NCBI RefSeq assembly: GCF_006345805.1
Contig: NC_043012.1
Coordinates: 51,088,001 to 51,152,000 of the forward strand
DNA: 64,000 bases
From: Octopus sinensis
Lineage: Eukaryota
Reading direction: 5' to 3'
Within the stretch, counting starts at the first letter, position 1. The number at the start of each line of letters is the position of its first letter. The notes beneath the pieces were generated by a model that did no database searches, was not told the DNA's origin, and saw only the letters and a list, made by a program, of their open reading frames with translations. The translations under genes were made by a program, and so were the position numbers. Shown here one piece after another: positions 26,170 through 39,000 of the stretch.

Positions 26170-26310
26170 TTATAATTTCTGACGTGGTGAGCCGGCATTT
26201 CGTCCGTCATACGTTCTGTGTTCAAATTACACCGATATCAATTTTTAACTTCATCTTTTCGGATTTGATAAAACCATTATCAATTTAGCACCGGGAAGGG
26301 GGAGAAATCT
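26170..26310 (+). mobile_element. Degenerate SINE family B copy
   Basis: ggcatttcgtccgtcatacgttctgtgttcaaatt...tcatcttttcggatttgataaa. Confidence 0.6.
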
Positions 26311-27096
26311 TCAAGCCCCTTTTCTAAAGTTGCTGACCTCTGCCTATAATAGAAGGGATTATTTTTCTTATAGCCAGTTGTATTAATTTATCAGCAGTCG
26401 TAGTAGTGCTGGTAAAGTAATTAGTCGTAGCAGTGGAGTAGTAGAAATCGTTGTGGTTTGGAGGTGCTGGTTGTAGTGTGGGGTGTTGTGTGCGGTGTGC
26501 GTGCGGTCTATTGTTGTGGTGATGGTGTTGTGATTCTAGCAACATATTTATGCGAATTCATATCCTAACCCTCGCGCATCCGTGTATCATATCTAAGAGT
26601 AAATTTCATAATAGAAATTTGAATGTTATCTGTGTATTTCGAATACTCTTATCTCCATTGCTTAAAGTGCTATTTGCTCCCTAATGTTTGTCTATGAATT
26701 GTAAGTTTTCTTACATTTTCATGTATCATTGCTATCAAAGTATTTGTTTCCATTGTACGTTCTTAATATAATCATAACTTAATATAATCATAATTTATGT
26801 AAAGACTATTTCAGTATTTCTTTCCGTTATTCAATTCATACTAGAAATATTTATATGTCAGTTAGAAGACATTCTCGACAGTGCTACGTAGCAGCGTTCT
26901 TCAATTTTGTTAAATACAAAATTGTATTCCCAGAGTATTTTAACGTGCAGAACATTTTGGTGTACGATACTGCTATTCGTGTTTTCTCTTTCAAGTTATC
27001 GTTTTCCTCCAGACGCATATAAGTTCCATTTATTTTATTTGTTATAAATTTTTTTCAATCTTCAATATATATATATATGTATATATATATAAATAT

Positions 27097-28190
27097 GATG
27101 GATTCTCTTGTTATGAGCGACAAATGAGGGTTCAGTAAAATAAAGCCTTGATCATGCTTTATGAACACGACGGTGTCTTCTGAGGTCTGTTGTTTCCTAG
27201 CAAGCCTTTTGGCAAATGGAACAAGTTGAGAACTCAGTTTTCTTGAGTGCTTCTTGATTATTTACTATGTGTCTTATTGAGTGGACGGCTACACTTGGTT
27301 CGCTTTTCGCCATAAAGCAACAACAACAGTTAAGGTTTCCACTTATAGGAGCAGTGTTTTGCCAGGGTTCCTTCATGCTTGAATGAAGTTGGTCCCTGTT
27401 TTGAAGTTAATTTTGCTCAAGTTTTTGAACTGAGGAGAGACAGGACTGACGCCAGGTCTTGCATTCTGATGCTTTATTTTTCCAGGAACAAAAGGGAATG
27501 TTGCATCGTTTCAAATTTTCTTTTAGTTTTTTTTTTATGCGCAAGAGCGGCCTTCCAGCTGATCCTCCTGTCGGGAATTGGTCAAAGAGGAGTTGCTTCA
27601 GAATTCTGATATCACTCATACCTGAAAGATGATCTGACTATCTAAGCCGTATTTTGATGAGGATGGCTTCAATACCTGATATGTTGCAATTTGTAAGTAC
27701 ATCACTGTAATGAATATGGTGACTCAGTTTTATGGTGGAGATAGTATACAAGCAACGTATATTGAAAAGCGTCAAGTTGAATGATGTGCTTTCGATACAA
27801 AGTCAAAAATTCAGCACCATAAAACAATGTTATCAAGACCACCGACTTATATACATTAATTTTCACCTTCAACAATACGTCGTACCCGTTCCATATCCTG
27901 TGATAAAGCTTACCGAAAGCGGAGATAAACGTCCCGATTCTGGACTCGATTTCTTTATCTTCGCATTATTTGACACTTTGGAACGAAGAATTAGTGAAAG
28001 AGAAAACAGTTTCAAAAGCTTTTCTATCGGGAAGGTAGTCACGAATGGGCTGATGGACAGGCTTAGTTTTCTTGATACTGATGGTCAGACTAAAAGACTT
28101 CGATGTACTCGTGATGTAGTTTAGAATCCGTCAAATGTCCAAGAGTGGGTGCTATAAGTGCCCAATCGTCTATCATGCCACTGTCAATGG
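27097..28190 (-). mobile_element. RTE-clade LINE, RT C-terminal half to 3' end, decayed
   Basis: Joined frames: MIDDWALIAPTL..SKSFSLTISIKK..EIESRIGTFISAFGKLYHRIWN..KINVYKSVVLITLFYGAE..SGIEAILIKIRLR*SDHLSGMSDIRILKQLLF..GRP..KENLKRCNI..WRQ..CSICQKAC..HRRVH. Confidence 0.9.
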
Positions 28191-28194
28191 ATGT

Positions 28195-28705
28195 CAAACA
28201 GAAATAATACCACAAAACACAACGAGTATAAAGAAGCCAGGAATTCATGCCAATCAAAGCTAAAGGCAAATGAAAGAAATATGGTGGTGAAGGAAGGCAC
28301 GAGAATTGCAAGATGCTGCGGACAGATGTGACTACAGGTCATTTTACCAGAATTTAAAGTATGTTTTTGGACCTGTGTCTTTTGGCTCAACTCTCTTATT
28401 TTCAACTGAGGGTAGTCTTCTGACAAATAAAACGATCACGAACCGCCGGGCAGAGCACATTTCAAATGTTTGAAATATGGGCTCACATGGTGCTGGAGAA
28501 CTGATGATCAACCTACCATAAAGGCCTGTGGATGAAGAACTGACAGTCGTTCCATCAAATGCTTAACTAAAGAAAGATCGTAAAACAGCTCAGGAAGAGA
28601 AAGTCGTCTGGGAATAATGGAATACCAGCCGAAATATATAAATGTGGTAGAAGTTTCCTGCTGAACAAGTTATGTAAACTCTTCTCTTTATTCTGGAAAT
28701 GTTTT
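28195..28705 (+). mobile_element. RTE-clade LINE, EN-RT linker and RT start, inverted relative to 27097-28190
   Basis: RQMKEIWW*RKARELQDAADRCDYRSFYQNLKYVFGP...NRRAEHISNV...KSSGNNGIPAEIYKCG..LLNKLCKLFSLFW. Confidence 0.9.
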
Positions 28706-29120
28706 CGCATTGCATAATTGTTGTAATTAATTGTTTATAAATTCTTGATTATTTGAATGCTTGTTTCTATTATTGTCTAATAGGATGATAATATCGCGTC
28801 TCCTACTGTTCTCCGCATAGTTACCTAATAAACAACGTTTGTTGTTTATTAAATATCTTCGTCACTTGTATTTTTAAGTAGAAATGCCATTTCCTTCACT
28901 GCGTTTTTGTTTTTTGTTTTTATTTCGCTTTTTATGTACATTTTATACAAGAGAAAAATTCCAAATTTATCTACCTAAACGATATCATAATATTGATTAA
29001 ATTATTCCGAATGGTGAGATTGCTATTGTTATAAATTATATTATATTAAATTTTGCTTAATTTTGTCAAATGATCTTGGAATATGCGACGGCTGGTCATC
29101 TTTTAAAAACCATGGCAACG

Positions 29121-29249
<129 letters not shown>

Positions 29250-30064
29250 AATATAGCAATTCTCCAACTATGCATTTCTGTTAGATTTCTGTTTACCTTT
29301 TTCACAAGTTCCTGTATAGTGTACACAGTTAATGCTTGAAATTCCATCTGTGGACCTTTTATTTCCCATATCATGTTGCCTATTATTTTAGAACATTATA
29401 TTAATCATAACAGCCAAGGCAAAAAAAAGTCGACATCCTTTTGCGTTGCTAGACGTACTAGAATTAGAAGCCAACTTACTCCATCATCAAATGACACACA
29501 ACTGTTTTTTTTAGAAAACATAGAGAAACTACCCAAATTGAAATGTCAATGACATTGCTGCGATTATATTAAAGGAAAGAATGGTAGATGAATGGTGATA
29601 TGGGTTTAAACATGAACATAAAATGCTAACACTTGAAAAGACTACTATCAAAATGAAAAGACGCTTATCAAATCTTGAATAGCTGAATATAATATGTTGG
29701 GGTAGAATGTAGTTAACCCACGTGGGATTATATTATCTTTCTGTAAATAGAGACGAAGATAACGTAATATAATTTCTGACGTGATACAATGTTTAAGTAG
29801 TTTGTGTAAGTAAACAAATAATTCGATATATAACTGGATTATACAGTAATGATCATAACGATAAATAGTTAAATAGTTATAAGATTCGCAATCATCACTC
29901 CAGTTTCATATTTTCTGTAATTATATCGGATATCTACAATACATTTAGCTATTTTATCTGAATACCAGAACATATACTTCCGAAAAAAAAAGTAGTTTTA
30001 AAGTATGTCTCACCTAACACACCATAACCTTTTACTATATCATCATCGTTATATATACACACAC

Positions 30065-30139
<75 letters not shown>

Positions 30140-30980
30140 CATATACATATATATATATATAATTTTTATTCAGGTTTCTTAATGTCGTAAAGAGCGCTAG
30201 TACTTATGTTCAATGACCTTTTCAAATCTATTACTAAGATTTCTTTACAAAATTGTTTATATTTATATTGGAGAAAAAAATGTTATACTCTGGAAATATA
30301 CCAGGAGAGTCTCTTCAAGTATGTTGTTTATTGTTATCTACTTTTCATTTTTTGAAATACATTATTGTTTACAAGTTTCATTTGGGAAATATTTTATTGT
30401 TTTTATTTCTTTATATTAATGAAGAAAAGCAAAATGTGTAAAATAATATTCAGACATATTTTTTTATCACTTACTTAATGTTTTCAGTAACGTTATACTG
30501 CCATATATTGTTCTAGCATAAGTACAGGTGGAGGGGACTGGCAGAGAGGATTTCAGATATTGCCATAAAGGATTAGAATAAATATCCCAAAGCAATTTCT
30601 CCAGCACTGTTATGATTATCTCAATCCATCTCCCGTATTTCGCTTTTAATAATAACTCAATTAATTGGCGTACTGTCGTCACTCTATCCGGAACAGGTTT
30701 TCTCCTGGGATACACGTCGGTTTTTTAAAAGTGCGTTCAACATAATTACGTGGTTACTTACGCAAAACTAGCGACAAATTTTACCCGAATGAAATATACG
30801 TAGTGCCGCGATCATAAACATTAAGATGCAAGAGATTTTACGGAGCATTTATGTATCATTGGACAACTAAATGAAGCGTTACACGAAGTGTGTGGGGTGT
30901 GCTTAATGTGACCCCACAAAAGTTAACACAATATCCAAAGCCTCTACTATTTATCCCATTCAACCTCAATGTAGAATATA

Positions 30981-30983
30981 TTG

Positions 30984-31056
<73 letters not shown>

Positions 31057-31095
31057 ACAATGGTAATAACAATAATAATATTAATAATGATGATG

Positions 31096-31127
<32 letters not shown>

Positions 31128-31383
31128 CATAATAATAATAATAATAATAATAACAACATCGACGTAAATAGTGATAATAGCAATATCAATAATATAGGTG
31201 GTATAGATAAAAGTATGGTAGGTGATAATAATGAGGATGGATTAATAATTAGTAACCCTAGTTTGCATAACAACGTAATTACTAATAGTGAAAATAATAC
31301 TAATACTAACAATAATTTAAATAATAGTAATAGAAGTGAACTGTCCATAAATAATTCCAGTACCGGACACTATCCCCCCCAGT
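30981..31383 (+). repeat. (AAT)n-rich low-complexity tract grading into an Asn-rich linker upstream of the GIY-YIG domain
   Basis: Read directly; corresponds to ORF 30981-31388. Confidence 0.85.
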
Positions 31384-31810
31384 TGTGATTGTAGGATTAG
31401 ATCAAAATGTCCGGTATCTGGCCGTTGTTCGGTCCAAAACGTAATTTATAAATGGACGATAATAATTTCAAACAATAGCTTTCTTTATTTCGGTTGTTCG
31501 GTAGATTTTTAAAAATGTGTAAACAATCATTTTTCCTCTTTTAGGCTCAAACATAAGGCAGGTTGCACAACATTATCTAGTAAAAGTTGGGAACTAAAAA
31601 CAAATAATATAGAATTCAACCTAAAATGGGATATAGTTAGAAGAGCGCAACCTTATAGAAATAGTAGGGATGGTTGTCAACTTTGTTCTATGGAAACTTA
31701 TGAAATTTTGAAACATCAGAGTAATACAAATCTGTTGAATAACCGTTAGGAGCTTGGAGTTATCTTGTATACATCGTACGACCCGAACGTTTAAATACTT
31801 TAAATAATAA
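31384..31810 (+). mobile_element. Penelope-like element GIY-YIG endonuclease domain (pseudogenised, 3' end of ORF)
   Basis: CDCRIRSKCPVSGRCSVQNVIYKWT..LYFGCSVDF/CVNNHFSSFRLKHKAGCTTLSSKSWELKTNNIEFNLKWDIVRRAQPYRNSRDGCQLCSMETYEI..LLNNR*E..SCIHR. CxC-x4-CP-x3-C, VIY/YFG, NH..SF, CxLC and CxH motifs are present; two frameshifts and one stop. Confidence 0.88.
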
Positions 31811-32345
31811 CTTTGTGAATATTCCTATATTTTTCAGTCTCATATATTTTCGGTCTCATGAGTTACTAGTGTGACGACATTCGTCTTCCTAAAATATATG
31901 TTGTACATTAAACAATATAAAATCGCATATATACACACAAACAAACATACATAAGAGAAGGTGCTTAAAAGTTGAAAGCTTTAAAGCCATCGCGAAAGAC
32001 CTGGCTGGAGGCCCAACTTCCGGGTCTTTTACAGGGCTGAGAAAAACCGAAAGACAACTGCAATAAGCGAGTGTATGTGATAAAGGTGTATGTTGAATAA
32101 AATCATGATGAACTGATCCGGTGTATTTTCTTTTACCTAAGGCCAGGAATTTTACAGCACACCAACGTGCAAGAAAACACACACACACGACACACACGTA
32201 TATATATATATATATAATATATATTATATATATATATATAATATATATATGATATTAATTAGAGACAAAACCACTATTTTGCAAATCAAACAAGGAAAGA
32301 CTTAATCAATACATAAAAAAAATTTAATATAAAGTAAATAAATCG

Positions 32346-32389
32346 CCACTACAATTGTTTCCTGTCTTCAAATGACATTCATCAGGTGG
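32346..32389 (-). ncRNA. Minimal type I hammerhead ribozyme (predicted)
   Basis: Exact reverse complement of 32445-32488. Confidence 0.82.
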
Positions 32390-32444
32390 ATTTCATATCT
32401 TCTATTCAATTTTAAAGTTTAAAATTGAATAGAAGATATGAAAT

Positions 32445-32488
32445 CCACCTGATGAATGTCATTTGAAGACAGGAAACAATTGTAGTGG
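32445..32488 (+). ncRNA. Minimal type I hammerhead ribozyme (predicted)
   Basis: CCAC-CUGAUGA-A-UGUC-auuugaa-GACA-G-GAAAC-aauu-GUA-GUGG: canonical CUGAUGA/GAAA core, stem III within the self-complementary ACAAUUGU, GUA cleavage triplet. Confidence 0.85.
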
Positions 32489-32672
32489 CGATTTATTTAC
32501 TTTATATTAATTTTTTTTTATGTATTGATTAAGTCTTTCCTTGTTTGATTTGCAAAATAGTGGTTTTGTCTCTAATTATATTATATAATATTTTACTATA
32601 AAATTGAATTCAATCCTAAATCTGATTTTTCCCTATAAATTTGGATTTATTCCCTAATATTTATTATTATAT

Positions 32673-32745
<73 letters not shown>

Positions 32746-32843
32746 GTGTGTGTCGTGTGTGTGTGTTTTCTTGCACGTTGGTGTGCTGTAAAATTCCTGG
32801 CCTTAGGTAAAAGAAAATACACCGGATCAGTTCATCAGGATTT

Positions 32844-32890
<47 letters not shown>

Positions 32891-32891
32891 C

Positions 32892-32928
<37 letters not shown>

Positions 32929-33228
32929 TCATTTCTGAAAATATACACACGAGATTTCAATTATCCACCGTGATTCTTTATATCTGCTCCATGGTTCAAT
33001 TCTCATGAAATTGTCTCGTTTCCTTCAGTGTCTTACAAACATTTCGTTTCAAACTTTTCTAACGAAGTAAATTCTTGCCCATATCATTCGGTGATAAGAT
33101 CATTGAGACCTTTATATCAACAGAAATTCCTGAACGAAATTAATGCAAAGCCGTCAACAATAGGAAAGCCAAAAGCCAATATTCAAATAACAAAGGTGTA
33201 GGCGTTGTCCCGTGATAAGAAGCTTGCT

Positions 33229-33456
33229 GTGAGCTGGCAGAAACGTTAGCACGCCGGGCGAAATGCTTAGCAGTATTTTGTCTGCAGTTACATTCTGAGT
33301 TCAAATTCCGCCTAGATCGACTTTGCCTTTCATCCTTTCGGGGTCGATAAATTAAGTACCAGTTACGCACTGGGGTCGATGTAATCGACTTAATCCTTTT
33401 GTCTGTCCTTGTTTGTCTCCTCTATGTTTAGCCCCTTGTGGGCAATAGATAAATAA
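33229..33456 (+). mobile_element. SINE family B (Meta-domain-like), near full length, preceded by a short family A head remnant (33197-33228)
   Basis: gtgagctggcagaaacgttagcacgccgggcgaaatgcttagc...ctgagttcaaattcc...gtcgactttgcctttcatcctttcggggtcgataaattaagtaccag. Confidence 0.88.
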
Positions 33457-33570
33457 GTAGCTTGCATCCGAAGTATATGGTTACAGCCTCAGCCCTCTTT
33501 TGCAGTAAGATGTTGAGCAAGCGTCGTCTATAACCTCGTGCCCACGAAGGAAGCTGAAAGAAGCACGTCC

Positions 33571-33637
<67 letters not shown>

Positions 33638-33656
33638 TATTATATATATATATATA

Positions 33657-34170
33657 GGGAGAGTTTACGAAAAAAACAAAAAACGAAAACAGGTGGTGTA
33701 CAAAACAAACAGATGTATTAGTAAAACGCTCAAGAATAGAAAATTATTTTACGTTTAGAGCCTACGCTCTTCTACTGAAAGGGACACAGAAAAAGCAAGG
33801 AGAGAAACAAGGAGAGAAAAAAATATGTGTAGTGACTAACGATTTATCATGGCGGCTAGTGCCGGACAGAAGGGTCAAATACGAGGAGGAAAGTAGGGGA
33901 GATAACAAGGTAAAGTTGACTCCCAACACAAAGGTCTCCAACATAAAGGTGCGCGTGTGTGTGAGAGAGTATGTATGTGCGTGTGAAAGAAGGCTGTTGG
34001 TCTGGCGTGTGCGAGTATGTATGTGTAGGTGTGTGGATGTGGGAATGGGTGTGAGGGTGGTGTGTTGCGATGTGATGTGTAATGGTGTATGGTGTAGTGT
34101 GGTGTGGTGTGGTGTGATGTTGTGGTGAGGTGGGGGAGGCGAGAGTAGGGATGTATAGGGGCGGGTGGGT
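33657..34170 (-). mobile_element. Penelope-like terminal fragment with degenerate hammerhead at about 33745-33788
   Basis: Minus strand reads gtcccttt-CAGTAGA-A-GAGC-gtag-GCTC-TAAACGT; homologous to 16630-16830; followed by GT-rich low-complexity body. Confidence 0.7.
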
Positions 34171-34204
34171 TTATATATATATAATGAGGGTAGTGGGAAA
34201 AGAC

Positions 34205-34915
34205 AAGAGTTGTTTATGGTATTTGCTGACCTTACTAAGGCCTTCGACAGTGTTAATCGGGAAGCACTATGGAAGGTTCTGAAAAAAGCTTTGTATACCT
34301 CACAAGATGTTTAATATTCATGGGGGAAAAAAGGCTGCTGTCGTATCAGGTGGGGAAGCTTTGGCTTCCTTCGACGTTACAAACGGCACAAAGCAAGGTT
34401 GAGTTATGACCCTTGTTTTGTTTTCCCTCTTCTTTTCAGTGATGCTAAGGTATGCATTAGTGACATATAAAACTTGGCGTCAAATTCTAGTTTCGAACAG
34501 GTGGTGAATTATTCAATAATCAGCGTTTCAAAGTCAGAACACTGCTACGCACCAGTATCATTCGTGATCTACATTTTACACATGATGCTGCACAAGTAAC
34601 AATAACCTTAGAGGAAGCTCAGGAAATTCTAGAACGGTTTTCTGCTGCATGTAAAGCCTTTGGTTTAACAATCAGCAAAAGAGGAGACGAAAATAATCTA
34701 CCTAACTTGCCCTACTCCTAAACAAATTCGATGTGTCAAGCAGAGGCCACCGGTTCACACTTTCCCTGACATTCCTATACAGGTTGAAAGGAAAAACGTA
34801 AATTATGTGAAGTAATTTACATATATTAGTAGTAAAGTGAATTCAAGTGATTCCCTTCAGGATGGAATCGTCAACCGTCCTTCAAAGGCAACAAATGCAT
34901 TTGGCGATTTTCTTT
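34205..34915 (+). mobile_element. RTE-clade reverse transcriptase core fragment, decayed
   Basis: LFMVFADLTKAFDSVNREALWKVLKK..FDVTNGTKQG*VMTLVLFSLFFSVML..IRDLHFTHDAA..LERFSAACKAFGLTISK..FTYISSK..SKATNAFG. Confidence 0.92.
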
Positions 34916-35983
34916 CTCGCACCCTAGTTTCGTTATTCTGGACTACCAACAGGCTTTCTTTAACATTACCACTTCCTCTAAATCGTGCATAATTCAACGA
35001 TGGATAATACTAGGAAATAAACCAATGATATAGGGTAGTAATTCGAACTGCAAGAAATAGCATCTACATTTGCAACATAAGATATATGAATGCTTAACAT
35101 GATAGAGTGTGTGATCTATTGCCTACGTCAATGCTAGAGACCATAGACACACATTTAGATATGTTAAAGTCAAACCTCATAATATGTATTTATATATTTT
35201 AGTTGGTAAATAGATTCTTAACGTGTGTTTGTCCCAATAAATACGAAACAAGACGGTAACAGTAGTTGTTACCATGTTTAACCAGTGTAATTGATATGCT
35301 TTTGAGTAAAGTGGTCTGTAACAAGGCACAAAAATATACAACCTATAAAGAAACACTACTGTGCTAACAAGAAGATCATTAGGAAATAGTCCTGAGAAAA
35401 ATTTTCCGATATTTTATTGCTATTTAAAAGCTGAAACTACACAAAAATAAATAAGTTATTGGCTGGTGTATGATGTAATATCCAGGCTTACTACATTATA
35501 TTTTTATTTAGATGCAGTCATCAAATGGAGTTTGTATATTCAGGACATTGACAGACCCACGTACAATTAGTTAGACATGTCATTGCATCAAATACATATG
35601 TCGTTTATAAATTAAAACTCTTCTTCCTTTCTTTTTACTTTGTTCATTGTTTTTGATGTTTCTTTGCATATTTCCGAATTGATGGAAATTCTTCTTTTAA
35701 TTAAATGGATGCTTTCTAACACCTGCTGCGTTTCACAAGAATGCATTTGTCTAAAAGAATATTTCAAAAACTAAAAGTATATATGTGTGGAAAAACGGAG
35801 CGTGTTCCTAAAATCAAATAAATAGGCATGTATGTATGCATGTTCGTATGTTATCTATGTAAATATGTATGCATGGATGTGTACATGCAATTATGCATAT
35901 ACACATACATGCACGCACAATTATATATATATATATAGAGAGAGAGAGAGATATAGATATAAATATATGTATGTATATGTGTA

Positions 35984-36036
<53 letters not shown>

Positions 36037-36679
36037 ATGTATGCATATGTATATATGTATATATATATATATATATATTCTTATACACATGCACACGTAC
36101 GTAATAAGCTACAGACATTGCAAATGTTCCCGAGGGTGTCTTTTAATGAGTAAATCTTTTGTTTTTATTTTGAACATCGATATTTTATCGGAGACGCGTT
36201 TCTCTCGATTGCGACATTAAGATTCTCGCTTCGGTATTCAATGACAATATTCTATCGTGCGATGAAGTGAAATGCGTTATTCAACTGAAGTAATACATTG
36301 AAATTAATGCAGAATAAAGTGTACATCAGACGAATTGAGCTGGCTCTCCTCAGACGACAAATTTCAAAACCTGATTTCTGAAGCAAATATATAAATAACT
36401 ATATACGAATTAAAACATTCCAATACACTATCTGCATGCGTAGACACATTAGAAATAAAGAATCACATAAGAAGTGTTATGCCTATATATTTGTATATGC
36501 GTGTGCAAATGGGTACATAGATACGTGCTTGAGTGTGCGCGTATGTGTGTTTACGTGTGTGCTTGCGTATTTGCATGAATTAATGTTTGTACAGAGGTAG
36601 AAAAAAACATAGGACATTAATATATGTGTAAAGAGATTGGCTAGTATATATAAAATATACTGTCCACTCAAATATTCCT

Positions 36680-37052
36680 GAGTGGCTGTGTCGTAAGAAG
36701 TTTATTTTCCGACCAAATAGCTCCTGGTACGATACCACTGCGTGGTATCTTGAGCAGGTGTCAAAATCTGTTGAATTGATTTGAGAGAAGGAAACTGAAT
36801 GAAGCCCGTCGTATATATGTATATGTGTGTTATTATGTGTGTGTGGTTGTGTTTTGTTTGTCCCTCCACCACTTGACAACTGGTGTTGGTGTGTTTACGT
36901 CCGCACAACAACTTCGGGGCTCACAAATTAGACAGTTGAAGTAAGTACCAGACTTTCAAAAATAATGGGGTCGATTCATACGTCTATAATTCTCCAGGGC
37001 GATGCCCTAGCATACCCGCAGCCAAGTGACTGGAGCAAGTAAAAGATAAGAG
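36680..37052 (+). mobile_element. SINE family A, older diverged copy
   Basis: Colinear with 14916-15314 from gagtggctgtg to caagtaaaagataagag. Confidence 0.82.
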
Positions 37053-37540
37053 AAACAGGATATTCCAAGCTCTCGATTTCCTATTAACAAAATGGACGCT
37101 ATTTCACGTGATATGTTTTGTCTGAACAAAACGTTCTGTTTCAGGGCTTGTCTCCTAAAATAGCTGGTGAATTCCAGGAGATATACAAAAAATTGTATAT
37201 ACTTCTTTGAAGAAGTAAGCCGGATTCTCTGGCACCTTACTTATAAATATAACAAGGGAAAAAATTTTCTCAAACACATGCATAAATCTATGTATATATT
37301 CTCATTTCATGAAGGCACATGTTATTTACAGAAAGTACACGAAACGAGGTAATGGAAAATACACTGGTATATATAACATCTATATGTATATATATTCTAA
37401 GATTAAATCAAGTTACATATCGCTGTATTCACAATTCTTCCTCAATTTTCTTACTCGAGACACACACACACATACACACACCACACAAACACACACACAC
37501 ACATAAAACTCACACACACACACAGACATATATATATGTG

Positions 37541-37583
<43 letters not shown>

Positions 37584-37595
37584 TATATATATATA

Positions 37596-37991
37596 GGGGT
37601 TGAAGTGCCTGTTCGGTAAGTAGCTTGCTACAAACCAGATGGTACCGGGTTCAGTCCCACTGCCTGGAACCTTGGGCAAGTGTCTTCTACCATAGCCTCG
37701 TGAGTGGATTTGGTAGACGGAAACTGAAAGAAGCCCATCTTATATATGCATATATGTGCATATATGTATGTGTGTGTGTGTGTATGTTTCTGTGCCTGTA
37801 TTTGTCCCCCCAGCATCACTTGACAACCGATGATGGTGTGCTTATGTCCCGTAACTTAGCGGTTGGCAAAGAGATGGATAGAATAAATACTAGGCTAACA
37901 AGGATAAGTCCTGGGATCAATTTGCTCGACTAAAGGCGGTGCTCCAGCATGGCCACGGTCAAATGACTGAAACAAATAAAAGAATAAAGAG
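37596..37991 (+). mobile_element. SINE family A
   Basis: gggttcagtcccactgcctggaaccttgggcaagtgtcttct...taaaggcggtgctccagcatggcc...aaatgactgaaac. Confidence 0.9.
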
Positions 37992-38015
37992 TATGAGTAA
38001 ATATATATATATATA

Positions 38016-38047
<32 letters not shown>

Positions 38048-38902
38048 TATGTTTATATATATATATTTTATTTTATACATATACACATATACATTTATGC
38101 GTGTGTGTATTATGTATTATATGTATTTATATACATTTAGATATAAGAATCTATTTACGTGTATGCATATGCACACACTAACACACATGCACATTGAGAC
38201 ACGAACACACATACACACACACATAAACTCACGTAAATGCACACACACATAAACTCACGTAAATGCACACAAACATATACCTTAACATACACATATGCGC
38301 TCAAAGCTGGACACACCGTCCATCTCTATTCTACTTTTTCTGTCTTGAGGCACGCTCAGGCAAAAAGAAGCAGGCGAATCTGCTTTATCGTTTGAATGGA
38401 CATAGAAGTTAAGAAATTAGGAGGCATCTTGAACATAGTAATACATTCTCATGCATGTATTTATAATTTATCTCCCTTGGTTACATCCTTATTTATGTCA
38501 TTTGTCCCTGTTTCTCTTTAGTGTGGAACTTCAGCTCCCATATTTATTGCAGCGAAGATATTATTATAGAACGATAACTTTGTTACGCATTTACGTAGAG
38601 CATACTTTCATTCATTACACGTTTTATTCAAAATACTAAGTTTATTTTAGTCAATATTCTCGTATTTTTTAAACCTAACCTAATACTAATCACTGAGTGC
38701 TGCTGTGGCAAACATCTTTATTTACTCATAATTTTTCTTGGCGTATAGAGACTATGTTAGGTTCTTCGTATATGACAGAGTCAGGTAGGACACTATGGAT
38801 ATCTAGCATATATATGACTTATTGTAAGAGTTATAGATAAATAGATAGAGAGAAAAAAGGAGAGAGAAAGAGAGCGAAAGAGACAGAGAGAGACATAGTG
38901 GG

Positions 38903-38903
<1 letters not shown>

Positions 38904-38975
<72 letters not shown>

Positions 38976-39000
38976 TAGATAGAGAGAGAGAGAGAGAGAG
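38904..39000. repeat. (GATA)n-(GA)n microsatellite
   Basis: Read directly. Confidence 0.97.

Larger units (their letters stand above)
32102..32842. repeat. Nested fold-back: outer arms 32102-32205/32735-32842, inner palindrome 32256-32578 centred on G32417
   Basis: Inner arms of about 161 bp are reverse-complementary with about one mismatch and a 1-nt loop (tctattcaattttaaa-g-tttaaaattgaataga); outer arms have about one mismatch. Confidence 0.95.

Noticed and set aside
30475-30704. Minus-strand open frame ending at a gtaagt donor (ORF 30467-30715)
   Set aside because: Poor polypyrimidine tract, unrecognised peptide, and it lies next to a Penelope relic.
38222-38270. 26-bp direct duplication within an (AC)-rich tract
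   Set aside because: Ordinary slippage duplication; not a CRISPR-like or spacer array.
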